Origin: a virus
Lineage: Duplodnaviria > Caudoviricetes
Length of the DNA: 26,917 nucleotides
IMG/VR virus record: IMGVR_UViG_3300017761_001179
Location: 1 to 26,917 of that record
Reading direction: 5' to 3' (one strand)
In this document: positions 15,499 to 23,890 of the stretch, piece after piece
Layout of the letters: each line of letters opens with the position of its first letter
Numbering within the stretch: the first letter of the stretch is position 1
Program-made: the position numbers and the translations under genes
Notes under the pieces: generated by a model
What the model was told of the DNA's origin: nothing
Seen by the model: the letters and a program-made list of their open reading frames with translations, nothing else
Database searches by the model: none

Positions 15499-16650
15499 AT
15501 GCCAACAAGACCAAAAGTAACAGTAACTTTAGTAGACAATTCATTCGTAGTGGCTGGATCTGAGGCGCAAGGCGCCCACATCTCCGGTATGGTTAGTCTA
15601 ACAACCCCATCTCTAGTAGACCTGTTCGGTGTAACCCAAGACAATCAAGTCGGTTACATGACAGTCGAAACAATAGGTGACTGGGTAGCAAAACTAAACG
15701 GAACAACTTATGGTGGTGCTACTGGTACTGGACCAACTGGTTCATGGGCAACTGATTGGTATTCAGCCTATAACTACCTAACTTACGGTGGTGTTCTCAA
15801 GATTGCAGAAGCCGCAACGACTTTCTATGATGCAAGTATTGGTCTCGACTCAATGTTTACTTCACAGGCAATAGGCACACATTATACAGCAGTATCAGCC
15901 ATAACATCATATAGAGATGATATCATTGGAATTGTTGGTGTAACTTATGATGGTTATACAGGTGGTAGTGGTGTTCCAACCACTCCAACCGTGTATCCAA
16001 CACTAACCAATGCTGATAATAAGTTATTCGCAGTTGGTGGTGAAAAGGTTATGTTGGGTATATCTAACACTGGTGAAACAAATTATGTCACCATCCCACT
16101 AGCCAGCGATGCAGCCGGATGCTTTGTAAGAACAGATAGAGATTCACAACGCTGGTTCTCACCAGCAGGAACTCGTAGAGGAAGAATCCTCAACACTGTT
16201 CGGTTAATCAAGAACCCAACTGCAACCGAACAAGACAACCTATACAACAACAAAATCAATTCCGTAATTGGTATTGCTGGTGATGGTGTCTACTTATTCG
16301 GTGATATCACACAAGAAGGAACCACAACTTCTACTCTAACTCGTGTGAATGTCGTTCGTCTAATCAATTACATCAAGAGGACTCTAGGAAGAACTGCAAA
16401 TGGTGTACTCTTCGAAGTAAACGATGCAACTACTCGTTCATTGTTTGCAAACGCAGCCACTGGATTCCTACAAAACATCAAAGATGGTAGAGGTCTTTAC
16501 GACTTCAAGGTAGTCTGCGACGAATCGAACAATCCTGCCGCAATATTGGATTCAAATCAATTCGTAGCAGACATTTACATCAAACCAACTAAGTCTATTA
16601 ACTATGTGAAGGTTACCATTACTAACCTAAATACTGACGCACAACTCTAA
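15499..16650 (+). CDS. gp18: Tail sheath protein gp18 (unusually short, 383 aa)
   Basis: WYSAYNYLTYGG, WFSPAGTRRG, LFGD, RVNVVRL, LFEVND..TR, YDFKVVCDESNN..IYIKPTKSINY; lies between gp17 and gp19. Confidence 0.92.
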   Translation: MPTRPKVTVTLVDNSFVVAGSEAQGAHISGMVSLTTPSLVDLFGVTQDNQVGYMTVETIGDWVAKLNGTTYGGATGTGPTGSWATDWYSAYNYLTYGGVLKIAEAATTFYDASIGLDSMFTSQAIGTHYTAVSAITSYRDDIIGIVGVTYDGYTGGSGVPTTPTVYPTLTNADNKLFAVGGEKVMLGISNTGETNYVTIPLASDAAGCFVRTDRDSQRWFSPAGTRRGRILNTVRLIKNPTATEQDNLYNNKINSVIGIAGDGVYLFGDITQEGTTTSTLTRVNVVRLINYIKRTLGRTANGVLFEVNDATTRSLFANAATGFLQNIKDGRGLYDFKVVCDESNNPAAILDSNQFVADIYIKPTKSINYVKVTITNLNTDAQL

Positions 16651-16676
16651 TAAAAAGTAACACATAGGAGAATAAT

Positions 16677-17219
16677 ATGTCAATTCACTCAATAGGAAAC
16701 TTTATATCAGCCTTTAATGGTGGTACTAGACCAAATCGGTTTAGAATCACCGCAACAGATCCAACAGGAACTGCTACAAATGGTTTGTTCGTGGAGACTC
16801 ACTGCGTTGCAACAACACTACCAGAAAGCATTGTTGGAATCATTCCAATTCCTTTCCGTGGAAGAATGTATAAGTTCCCAGGCGATAGATCATATAACGA
16901 ATGGACTGTAACTGTTCTTGATGATACTGGTGCAAATGACACATGGTTTGCTTATCACGAATGGTCACAAAAATTCAATAACCATGAAACCAATGTGGCG
17001 GCAGATAGAGCGCAAAAGACAAATTTCTGCGTAGATCTTACCGTAGAACATTTGGATCATGCATCCGATACTTCTTTAAGAAAAGTGTTTTTGAAGAACG
17101 CATGGCCAGTTCAAGTTGGTCCTGTTCAGTTAGACATGGGTGCAGCCAATCAGTTGGTACAATTCCAGTTACAAATTGCATATACACATTTCCAATACGA
17201 AGCAGTTGGCGTAGTTTAA
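16677..17219 (+). CDS. gp19: Tail tube protein gp19
   Basis: GGTRPNRF, IPFRGRMYKFPGDRSYNEWTVTVLDD, NAWPVQVGPVQLD; AGGAG SD. Confidence 0.95.
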   Translation: MSIHSIGNFISAFNGGTRPNRFRITATDPTGTATNGLFVETHCVATTLPESIVGIIPIPFRGRMYKFPGDRSYNEWTVTVLDDTGANDTWFAYHEWSQKFNNHETNVAADRAQKTNFCVDLTVEHLDHASDTSLRKVFLKNAWPVQVGPVQLDMGAANQLVQFQLQIAYTHFQYEAVGVV

Positions 17220-17247
17220 TCTCATCTAACAAAAAGGTTCCTATATT

Positions 17248-18822
17248 ATGGCGTTTGATATCTTTGGTTTTAGTTTTGGTAAGAAGAACGATCAGGAGAC
17301 AAAGAATCTAGAATCAAGTCAGATTCCGGTAACTCCTGAGCCATATGATGGAACCTATACATTTGAAGCCGGAGGAGTCTTTGGTACATCCATCGACTTC
17401 TCCGGTTCTATTAGAGATGAGAATCAACTCATTGGGCAGTATCGCGGTATGGCACTCCACCCAGAAGTGGATTCAGCCATCGAAGATATTGTCAATGAGA
17501 GCATTGTGATGGGTGAAGACAGAAAACCAATCAAGTTAAATTTGGATTATGTCAATCTTCCAGACACAATCAAGACAAAGATCTACTACGAATATAATCA
17601 CATTCTAAAACTTCTTGACTTCACCAATCGGTGTCATGAAATTTTCAGAAGATGGTATATCGATAGCAAGATTTATTACTTCAAAGAAATTGATAAAGAA
17701 AATCCTGCTAAGGGATTAGTTTCTCTTATTCCTGTTGATCCAATTAAGATAAAGAAGGTAAGAAAAATTGAAAAGGATAGAGCCAGAGTTTCTGGTGGAC
17801 AAATTATTCCATTCGTAAAGAAAATCGAAGAATATTATGTTTATGCAGATACAGATAAAGAGGCAATGTATCCAACGACTCCATCTGGTTATAAATTCAC
17901 ACTTGATACCATTACTTACTGTCACTCCGGTACTGTCGATTCAGTAACCAAGAGAGTAATTGGATATCTACAGAAAGCAATTCGTCCGCTAAACATGTTG
18001 CGTCAGATTGAAGATGCAGTAGTCATCTACCGCATTTCCCGCGCACCAGAGCGTAGAATTTTCTATGTCGATGTCGGTAATCTTCCAAAGCAGAAGGCTG
18101 AACAATATCTTCGTGATATTATGAATCGCTATCGTAACAAGATTACTTACGATTCAGCCACTGGTCAAATCCGTGACGACAGAAACCATCAGCACATGCT
18201 TGAGGATTTCTGGATGCCACGAAGAGAAGGTGGTAGAGGAACAGAAATCACAACTCTCGATGGTGGTCAAAACCTTGGAGAGATGGAAGATGTTCTTTAT
18301 CTACAGAAGAAACTCTATCGCGCACTCAATGTTCCAATTTCTCGTCTTGAGTCCGAAAACGGATTCAATATGGGTAGATCGGCAGAAATCACCCGCGACG
18401 AAGTTAAGTTCTATAAGTTCATAGAAAGACTTCGTTTGAGATTTGCTGCATTCCTTACCGATCTTCTTAAGACTCAAGTTATTCTTAAGGGAATCATGAC
18501 AGAGGATGAATGGAATAAGATTGCCCAAGATATTACCTTCAAGTTTAACAAAGATTCATACTTCACCGAACTAAAGGATAATGACATTCTTCGTGATCGT
18601 ATCGACATGTTGAATACTCTCAGTAACTTTGTTGGTAAGTTCTATTCAGAAGAATATATTCGTAAGAACATTCTAAAGCAGACCGACGAAGAAATGATTG
18701 AAATCAATGCTCAGATTGCCAAGGAACAGCAAGATGCGTTGATCAAAGAAGTTGAACAACAGCAACAAATGATGGCTCTTGGTATTCAACCACAACCACA
18801 AGAAGGTCAACCACCGCAATGA
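17248..18822 (+). CDS. gp20: Portal vertex protein gp20
   Basis: YRISRAPERRIFYVDVGNLPKQKAEQYL, EDFWMPRREGGRGTEITTLDGGQNLG, EITRDEVKF. Confidence 0.97.
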   Translation: MAFDIFGFSFGKKNDQETKNLESSQIPVTPEPYDGTYTFEAGGVFGTSIDFSGSIRDENQLIGQYRGMALHPEVDSAIEDIVNESIVMGEDRKPIKLNLDYVNLPDTIKTKIYYEYNHILKLLDFTNRCHEIFRRWYIDSKIYYFKEIDKENPAKGLVSLIPVDPIKIKKVRKIEKDRARVSGGQIIPFVKKIEEYYVYADTDKEAMYPTTPSGYKFTLDTITYCHSGTVDSVTKRVIGYLQKAIRPLNMLRQIEDAVVIYRISRAPERRIFYVDVGNLPKQKAEQYLRDIMNRYRNKITYDSATGQIRDDRNHQHMLEDFWMPRREGGRGTEITTLDGGQNLGEMEDVLYLQKKLYRALNVPISRLESENGFNMGRSAEITRDEVKFYKFIERLRLRFAAFLTDLLKTQVILKGIMTEDEWNKIAQDITFKFNKDSYFTELKDNDILRDRIDMLNTLSNFVGKFYSEEYIRKNILKQTDEEMIEINAQIAKEQQDALIKEVEQQQQMMALGIQPQPQEGQPPQ

Positions 18823-19271
18823 GTATCAGAAAAGAATTTCTAGCACTTATACAAAACGACAGAGAACTCTTTAAAGAGCAACTGTTCTATGCTATCTCTG
18901 ACAGAATAGCAGAAGAAATGGCTAAGAAATATCTTGATGCTTCTGAAAAACTGTTCGAAAGCATCACATTAGAACCAAAGGTTAAACGAGTTCCAGTTCA
19001 AATACAGGAACAAGTAAAAACTGAGTATATGCCTATTGCAGAATTCAACAATGCAATAAACCATAATACAACTAATTGGATGACTGCTAAGGATGGTTCC
19101 CAGTTAGAGATAACACCAAAAATGGCTAAATACCTAGCCGAACTATACAATTCTCTAAATAGTTCACATAAGGATAAATTAATAAACCTCATATTGGAAT
19201 CTGATCACGGTTTCAAAAAAGCAGTGAAAACTGCGGAAAGAATTTACGGAGCAAAAAATGGACACAAATAA
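18819..19271 (+). CDS. Hypothetical head-assembly protein (gp67-like helical N-terminus plus a conserved C-terminal domain)
   Basis: Position between gp20 and gp21. N-terminal helix (LIQNDRELFKEQLFYAISDRIAEEM..ASEKLF) resembles T4-like prohead core proteins. KDGSQLEITPKMAKYLAELYNSLN..K resembles a domain seen in T4-like head-region genes. Confidence 0.5.
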   Translation: MSIRKEFLALIQNDRELFKEQLFYAISDRIAEEMAKKYLDASEKLFESITLEPKVKRVPVQIQEQVKTEYMPIAEFNNAINHNTTNWMTAKDGSQLEITPKMAKYLAELYNSLNSSHKDKLINLILESDHGFKKAVKTAERIYGAKNGHK

Positions 19272-19830
19272 TCTAATCAAGAGCGTAATTTCAGAAAACA
19301 TCGTAGAATCCAAAAAGATTGCTACGGAACTTCTCATGCAAAAACTCTCTGAGAGACTTCAACAAAAGTTTGAAGAGTATGCTCCAGAAACTTTCCTCGA
19401 TGAAAATACCGAAGAAACCGAAGAAACCACCGATGATGCAAACGATCTTCGTCTAGAAGTCGAAGAAATCATGGAAGGTAAAAAGAAGCACAAGAAAGAA
19501 GAAGAATCAGAAGAAGACGAAGAAGAGTCTGATGAAGACGAAGAAGAGTCTGATGAAGATGAAGAAGTCATGGAATACGAAGGTGGAATTGGTGGAAACT
19601 CTCCATATGAATACGAGGGTGGAACCGACTGCGAAGACGGTGATTGCAATGATAATAACAATGCAGAAGATATGAATAAGAAGGCATTTCGTAACACTGG
19701 TTTGAGCGAAGCAAAGAAAGCCAATAAAGATTATGACGGTGATGGCAAACTTGAATCATCCACCGATGAGTGGAAAGGTTCCAGAAGCAAAGCCATCAAG
19801 GCTGCAATGGCTAAGAGAAAGAAGAAATAA
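19258..19830 (+). CDS. Acidic prohead core protein (gp67/gp68-like)
   Basis: gp67-like N-terminal helix, long E/D tract, AFRNTGLSEAKK motif, DYDGDGKLES loop and basic tail; immediately upstream of gp21. Confidence 0.6.
   Translation: MDTNNLIKSVISENIVESKKIATELLMQKLSERLQQKFEEYAPETFLDENTEETEETTDDANDLRLEVEEIMEGKKKHKKEEESEEDEEESDEDEEESDEDEEVMEYEGGIGGNSPYEYEGGTDCEDGDCNDNNNAEDMNKKAFRNTGLSEAKKANKDYDGDGKLESSTDEWKGSRSKAIKAAMAKRKKK
19513..19567 (+). repeat. 21-bp in-frame tandem repeat GAAGACGAAGAAGAGTCTGAT x2 plus a partial copy (EDEEESD)
   Basis: Exact copies at 19513-19533 and 19534-19554; partial copy 19555-19567. Confidence 0.9.
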
Positions 19831-20474
19831 TGAAGTTAATCACCGAAACAGTAGAAGATATTCGATACATCACCGAAGGAACAGACGATAAGAAGAATCT
19901 GTTCATCGAAGGTGTATTCATGGTTGCCGAGGAATGCAATCGAAACGGTAGAATCTATCCTCTTAATACTTTAAACAAAGAAGTAGGAAGATACATCAAC
20001 GAATTTGTTGATTGCAACCGTGCTTTCGGTGAACTTGGACATCCAACAGGTCCAACCATCAATCTAGATCGCGTAAGTCACAGAGTCGTAATGCTTGAAT
20101 TCCGCCAGAATAAAGTCTACGGAAAAGCCAAGATTATGGAAAGCACTCCAATGGGTAAAATTGCTGCTGAACTAATCCGCGAAGGTGCAAAACTAGGCGT
20201 TAGTTCAAGAGCAATGGGTTCTCTTGTTGAGCAAAACGGTAAGAAGATCGTTCAACCAGATCTCATGCTTTCTGCTGTTGATATTGTTGCAGATCCATCT
20301 GCTCCCGGTGCTTTCGTAAATGGCATCATGGAAGGCAAAGAATGGGTTTGGAATAACGGTTCTTGGTTAGAGCGCGATCTTATGGAAGCAAAGAAACTTA
20401 TTCGTACCACTTCTAGCAGAAACCTAGAAAAGAAAGCATTGACTCTGTTTGAAAATTTCTTCAAGAATCTTTAA
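19830..20474 (+). CDS. gp21: Prohead protease gp21
   Basis: MKLITE, NRNGRIYP, GELGHP, LGVSSRAMGSL, DIVADPSAPGAFVNGIMEGKEW. Confidence 0.96.
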   Translation: MKLITETVEDIRYITEGTDDKKNLFIEGVFMVAEECNRNGRIYPLNTLNKEVGRYINEFVDCNRAFGELGHPTGPTINLDRVSHRVVMLEFRQNKVYGKAKIMESTPMGKIAAELIREGAKLGVSSRAMGSLVEQNGKKIVQPDLMLSAVDIVADPSAPGAFVNGIMEGKEWVWNNGSWLERDLMEAKKLIRTTSSRNLEKKALTLFENFFKNL

Positions 20475-21322
20475 TGTTAAGTTTTAAACAATATCTTCGT
20501 GAAGCAATGGTAAACATTCCCGGTAAAGGGAATGTCCTTGCTGGACCTACCACCAAATCTGAGCCAATTGCAGTTGAAGGTATTCCTACTCCTTCCACAC
20601 AAGATAGACGCGCTTCAAAATTAAGTGCTTTGATTGGTGGAAGAAAAGCAGATATGGCAGCAAAGGCTTCTCAACAAAGAGGTGCTGATGTCAACCTCGG
20701 TGCCGGAATTTTAAATAAATTCTTTGGATCAAGAGAACAAGTTAAAGACGCAAAAGGAAAAGTTATTGGATCTGAAATTAGAGGTGGTTTTGTTGGTGCA
20801 TTGAAATCTTATGATCAATATAGAGCAAAACAAGGAATAGCAGTTAATAGACGCGGAACTATTGATCCAAATACTCTGAGAAACTTGGGAGTTCAAGCGC
20901 GTAATAGAATGACAGCAGACCCAACAGCAAGTGGTCCCAATCTACTAAGAACATTAGGCACTGCTGCTCGTATTGGTTCAAATGTCAAGACAGGTGTTTC
21001 TAATGCTGTTTCAAATGTTGGAAGTGGTTTAGAAAATAATAGTAATAATCTTGCCAATACAGCAATTAGTGGTACTAATCCCCTAAGTCAAGAAGATAGA
21101 GATGCTGCTATGTTACAAGTGGCACAAAATACCAAATTATCTCAGACTGGTCAAGCGGCACAAACTATTGGTATGACCACCACCCCAACACAACAATCCG
21201 GTGAAACTCAAGATGAACTTCGTCAGAGAATGCTTGCAAATCGTCCTGCTCCACTTTCTGCTCGTACACAATCTAGAATAAACACAATGAGAAATACAGG
21301 ACAAATCGGAAATATAACTTAA
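20474..21322 (+). CDS. Hypothetical basic low-complexity protein with a capsid-targeting-like N-terminus (candidate internal head protein)
   Basis: Starts MLSFKQYLRE-A; rich in G/A/N/Q/R/T, with no Cys or Trp; TAATG-coupled to gp21. Confidence 0.55.
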   Translation: MLSFKQYLREAMVNIPGKGNVLAGPTTKSEPIAVEGIPTPSTQDRRASKLSALIGGRKADMAAKASQQRGADVNLGAGILNKFFGSREQVKDAKGKVIGSEIRGGFVGALKSYDQYRAKQGIAVNRRGTIDPNTLRNLGVQARNRMTADPTASGPNLLRTLGTAARIGSNVKTGVSNAVSNVGSGLENNSNNLANTAISGTNPLSQEDRDAAMLQVAQNTKLSQTGQAAQTIGMTTTPTQQSGETQDELRQRMLANRPAPLSARTQSRINTMRNTGQIGNIT

Positions 21323-21360
21323 AAACGTGACCATCGTTAACTGGTCAAAAATAAACATTT

Positions 21361-21374
21361 ACTAAATAACAATA
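21361..21374 (+). promoter_or_regulatory. Late promoter (ACTAAATA-acaa-TA) for gp22-gp23
   Basis: Intergenic TAAATA box with the same N4-TA downstream pattern as the other late promoters. Confidence 0.7.
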
Positions 21375-21402
21375 GTTCTTAAACAGAGGAACAGGAAAAA
21401 AT

Positions 21403-22359
21403 ATGGACACACAAACATCTAGACCAACACATGCTATTAACGGTGCAGAACCCCAAACCGCTGATGGTAAAAAAGTACAGTGGGATGCTTTCCAAAACTT
21501 CAACCCAAACGCCGGAGCAAACATGGCAACCCTGAGACCAGGTGCTTCAGTTGCTGGTCCAGGCCCACAAGGTGAAGGCTCTGGTAAAGTTGCTAAGAAG
21601 GGTGAAGAGGAAGAAACCGAGACAGAAGAGCCAAAGGAAATGCAAGAGCATCTTAACGCTCTCTTCAATGGTGAGACTCTAACCGAAGACTTCATGAACA
21701 AAGCCAAGACAATCTTTGAGGCTGCTGTTAACGAGAGAGTCAATGTTCTCCGTGAACAAGTCCTCGCTGAGGCTGCTGCTGTCGTTCAAGAAGAAGTTGA
21801 AACCGCAGTCAACGAACTAGCAGAGCGTCTTGATGACTACCTCGGTTATGTTGTTGAAGAGTGGATGGAAGAGAATCAACTCGCCGTCGAAAACGGTATC
21901 CGCACAGAAATCGCAGAGAACTTCATGTCTGGACTTAAGGAACTCTTTGAGACTCACTATATCGAAGTTCCACAAGAGAAGTACGATGTCGTTGACGGAC
22001 TCTTTGCTGAGAACGAGGAACTCGAATCCTCTCTCAACGAGCAAATTCAAAACAACATTGAGATGCAAAAGGAACTACTCGCTTATCAAGCAGGACAAGT
22101 CTTCGCACAAGTTGCTGATGACTTAACCGATGTTGAAATCGAGAAGTTTGCTTCTCTCGCAGAGGGCGTCGATTTTGACAGCCTCGAACAATACCAAGAG
22201 AAACTAAATGTTCTCAAGGAGAGTTATTTCACCTCTGCACCAACCGTAACTAACCTTGTCGAAGAGACAACTAACAAACAAATTCCTCAAGATGTTGGCT
22301 CTGGTATGGGCGCTTACTTGAGTACTTTGGATCGTCTTGCTAAACAAAACAAACTCTAA
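21403..22359 (+). CDS. gp22: Prohead core scaffold protein gp22
   Basis: LTEDFMNKAKTIFEAAV, DDYLGYVVEEWMEENQLAVENGIRTEIAENFMSGLKELF, KLNVLKESYF. Confidence 0.95.
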   Translation: MDTQTSRPTHAINGAEPQTADGKKVQWDAFQNFNPNAGANMATLRPGASVAGPGPQGEGSGKVAKKGEEEETETEEPKEMQEHLNALFNGETLTEDFMNKAKTIFEAAVNERVNVLREQVLAEAAAVVQEEVETAVNELAERLDDYLGYVVEEWMEENQLAVENGIRTEIAENFMSGLKELFETHYIEVPQEKYDVVDGLFAENEELESSLNEQIQNNIEMQKELLAYQAGQVFAQVADDLTDVEIEKFASLAEGVDFDSLEQYQEKLNVLKESYFTSAPTVTNLVEETTNKQIPQDVGSGMGAYLSTLDRLAKQNKL

Positions 22360-22392
22360 TTTCTAAACAAACACATTAAGGAGAATATAGAA

Positions 22393-23814
22393 ATGGATTT
22401 TTCAAACAACTCGTCTTATGATGTGCTAACTGAGAAGTGGGAACCCCTACTCTCTCACGACGCACTTCCACAAATCGGTGACTCTTACAAAAAGAAGGTC
22501 ACTGCCGTCCTACTAGAGAATCAAGAGAAGGCTCTCCGTGAGCAATATCTCGTTGAAGCACCAGCCAACGCCATGAACGGTGGTGGTTTCAGCGTTTCTC
22601 AGGCTGCTGGTACTGCTAACACCGCACTCGCTGGTTATGATCCAATCCTAATCAGCCTCGTTCGTCGTTCCATGCCAAACCTCATTGCTTATGATATCGC
22701 TGGTGTTCAGCCAATGACTGCACCAACCGGTCTCATCTTCGCAATGCGTAGTCGTTACGAAGCACAGGCTGCTTCTGGTTCAGTTGGAGTCGGCCGCGAA
22801 GCACTCTTCCAAGAAGCATTTGCTAAGTTCGGTGGTTCTGGTAACACCTCTGCTGGTGCAGCATTCAGCGCAACCGGCGGTATCAACCCAATCGGTGCTA
22901 GCGGCGGTGTCGCTGATGCAAGCACCGGGCTGGCCTTCGGTATCCGCGATAGCGCATTCGATATGAATTCCTTCCGTGGATTCCTAACAGGTACTAGTGA
23001 AAATCTCGGTGATACCACTCCATTCCGTCAAATGGCATTCAGCATTGAGCGCATCGCAGTCGAAGCAAAGACTCGCGCTCTAAAGGCTGAGTACACCACT
23101 GAGTTGGCTCAAGATCTCAAGGCTGTTCACGGACTCGATGCTGAAAGCGAACTCGCTAACATCCTCAGCACCGAAGTATTGAACGAAATCAACCGTGAGT
23201 TGATCACCACCATCTACCGCGTTTCCAAGGCTGGCGCACAACAAGGCGATCTAGCAAACGCTGGAAGATACGATCTCAACACCGACTCTGACGGTCGTTG
23301 GAGTGCAGAACGCTTCCGTGGACTCATGTTCCAAATTGAGCGTGAATGCAATACCATCGCCAAGGAAACTCGTCGTGGTAAGGGTAACTTCATGATCTGC
23401 TCAAGCGATGTTGCCAGCGCCCTCACAATGGGTGGCTTCCTCAACCTCGCACCAGCCATGACTGCAAACCTCGAAGTTGATGACACCGGCAACACTTTCG
23501 TCGGCGTCCTTAACAACAAGATCAAGGTTTACATTGATCCATATGCCAAGTTGGGTGTTAACTTCTGTGTAGTCGGATACCGCGGTACATCTCCATATGA
23601 TGCCGGTATATTCTACTGCCCATATGTTCCACTACAAATGGTACGCGCTGTTGATCAGAACACCTTCCAGCCAAAAATTGGATTCAAGACCCGCTACGGT
23701 ATGGTCGCAAATCCATTCGCTGAGAACACTGACATCAACGCACTCGGTGGTAACCAATACTACCGTATCTTCCAAGTAGAGAACCTACATGGTAACACTG
23801 GTTTCGGACTCTGA
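22393..23814 (+). CDS. gp23: Major capsid protein gp23
   Basis: KWEPLL, LLENQE, DPILISLVRRSMPNLIAYDIAGVQPMTAPTGLIFAMRSRY, RALKAEYTTELAQDLKAVHGLDAE, FYCPYVPLQM, FQPKIGFKTRYG. Probable gp21 cleavage at LVE|A. AAGGAG SD. Confidence 0.98.
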   Translation: MDFSNNSSYDVLTEKWEPLLSHDALPQIGDSYKKKVTAVLLENQEKALREQYLVEAPANAMNGGGFSVSQAAGTANTALAGYDPILISLVRRSMPNLIAYDIAGVQPMTAPTGLIFAMRSRYEAQAASGSVGVGREALFQEAFAKFGGSGNTSAGAAFSATGGINPIGASGGVADASTGLAFGIRDSAFDMNSFRGFLTGTSENLGDTTPFRQMAFSIERIAVEAKTRALKAEYTTELAQDLKAVHGLDAESELANILSTEVLNEINRELITTIYRVSKAGAQQGDLANAGRYDLNTDSDGRWSAERFRGLMFQIERECNTIAKETRRGKGNFMICSSDVASALTMGGFLNLAPAMTANLEVDDTGNTFVGVLNNKIKVYIDPYAKLGVNFCVVGYRGTSPYDAGIFYCPYVPLQMVRAVDQNTFQPKIGFKTRYGMVANPFAENTDINALGGNQYYRIFQVENLHGNTGFGL

Positions 23815-23842
23815 TTTAAGTAATTAATCTGGGGAGATGATT

Positions 23843-23875
23843 GGGGGGAGTCGCAAGACTCCCCCCTTTCTATTT
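23843..23875 (+). terminator. Rho-independent terminator after gp23
   Basis: GGGGGGAGTC-GCAA-GACTCCCCCC: perfect 10-bp stem with a GNRA loop, followed by TTTCTATTT. Confidence 0.9.
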
Positions 23876-23876
23876 G

Positions 23877-23890
23877 GATAAATACAGTTA
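23877..23890 (+). promoter_or_regulatory. Late promoter (GATAAATA-cagt-TA); predicted +1 is the A of the gp3 ATG
   Basis: Box 23877-23884 lies immediately after the terminator; ATG at 23890. Confidence 0.72.

Noticed and set aside
19513-19567. Tandem repeat as a CRISPR-like or regulatory array
   Set aside because: It has no spacers; it is an in-frame coding repeat (EDEEESD).
19359-19724. Minus-strand Ser-rich 121-aa ORF
   Set aside because: It is the antisense shadow of the GAA/GAT-rich acidic tract.
21345-21743. Minus-strand 132-aa ORF and the other short antisense or alternative-frame ORFs in the track
   Set aside because: They are nested in well-supported + strand genes and have no motifs or expression signals.
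23815-23889. Absence of gp24/hoc after gp23, or a small RNA gene in this gap
   Set aside because: The gp23-gp3-uvsY-uvsW order is usual in aquatic T4-like phages, and the gap is explained by a terminator plus a late promoter.
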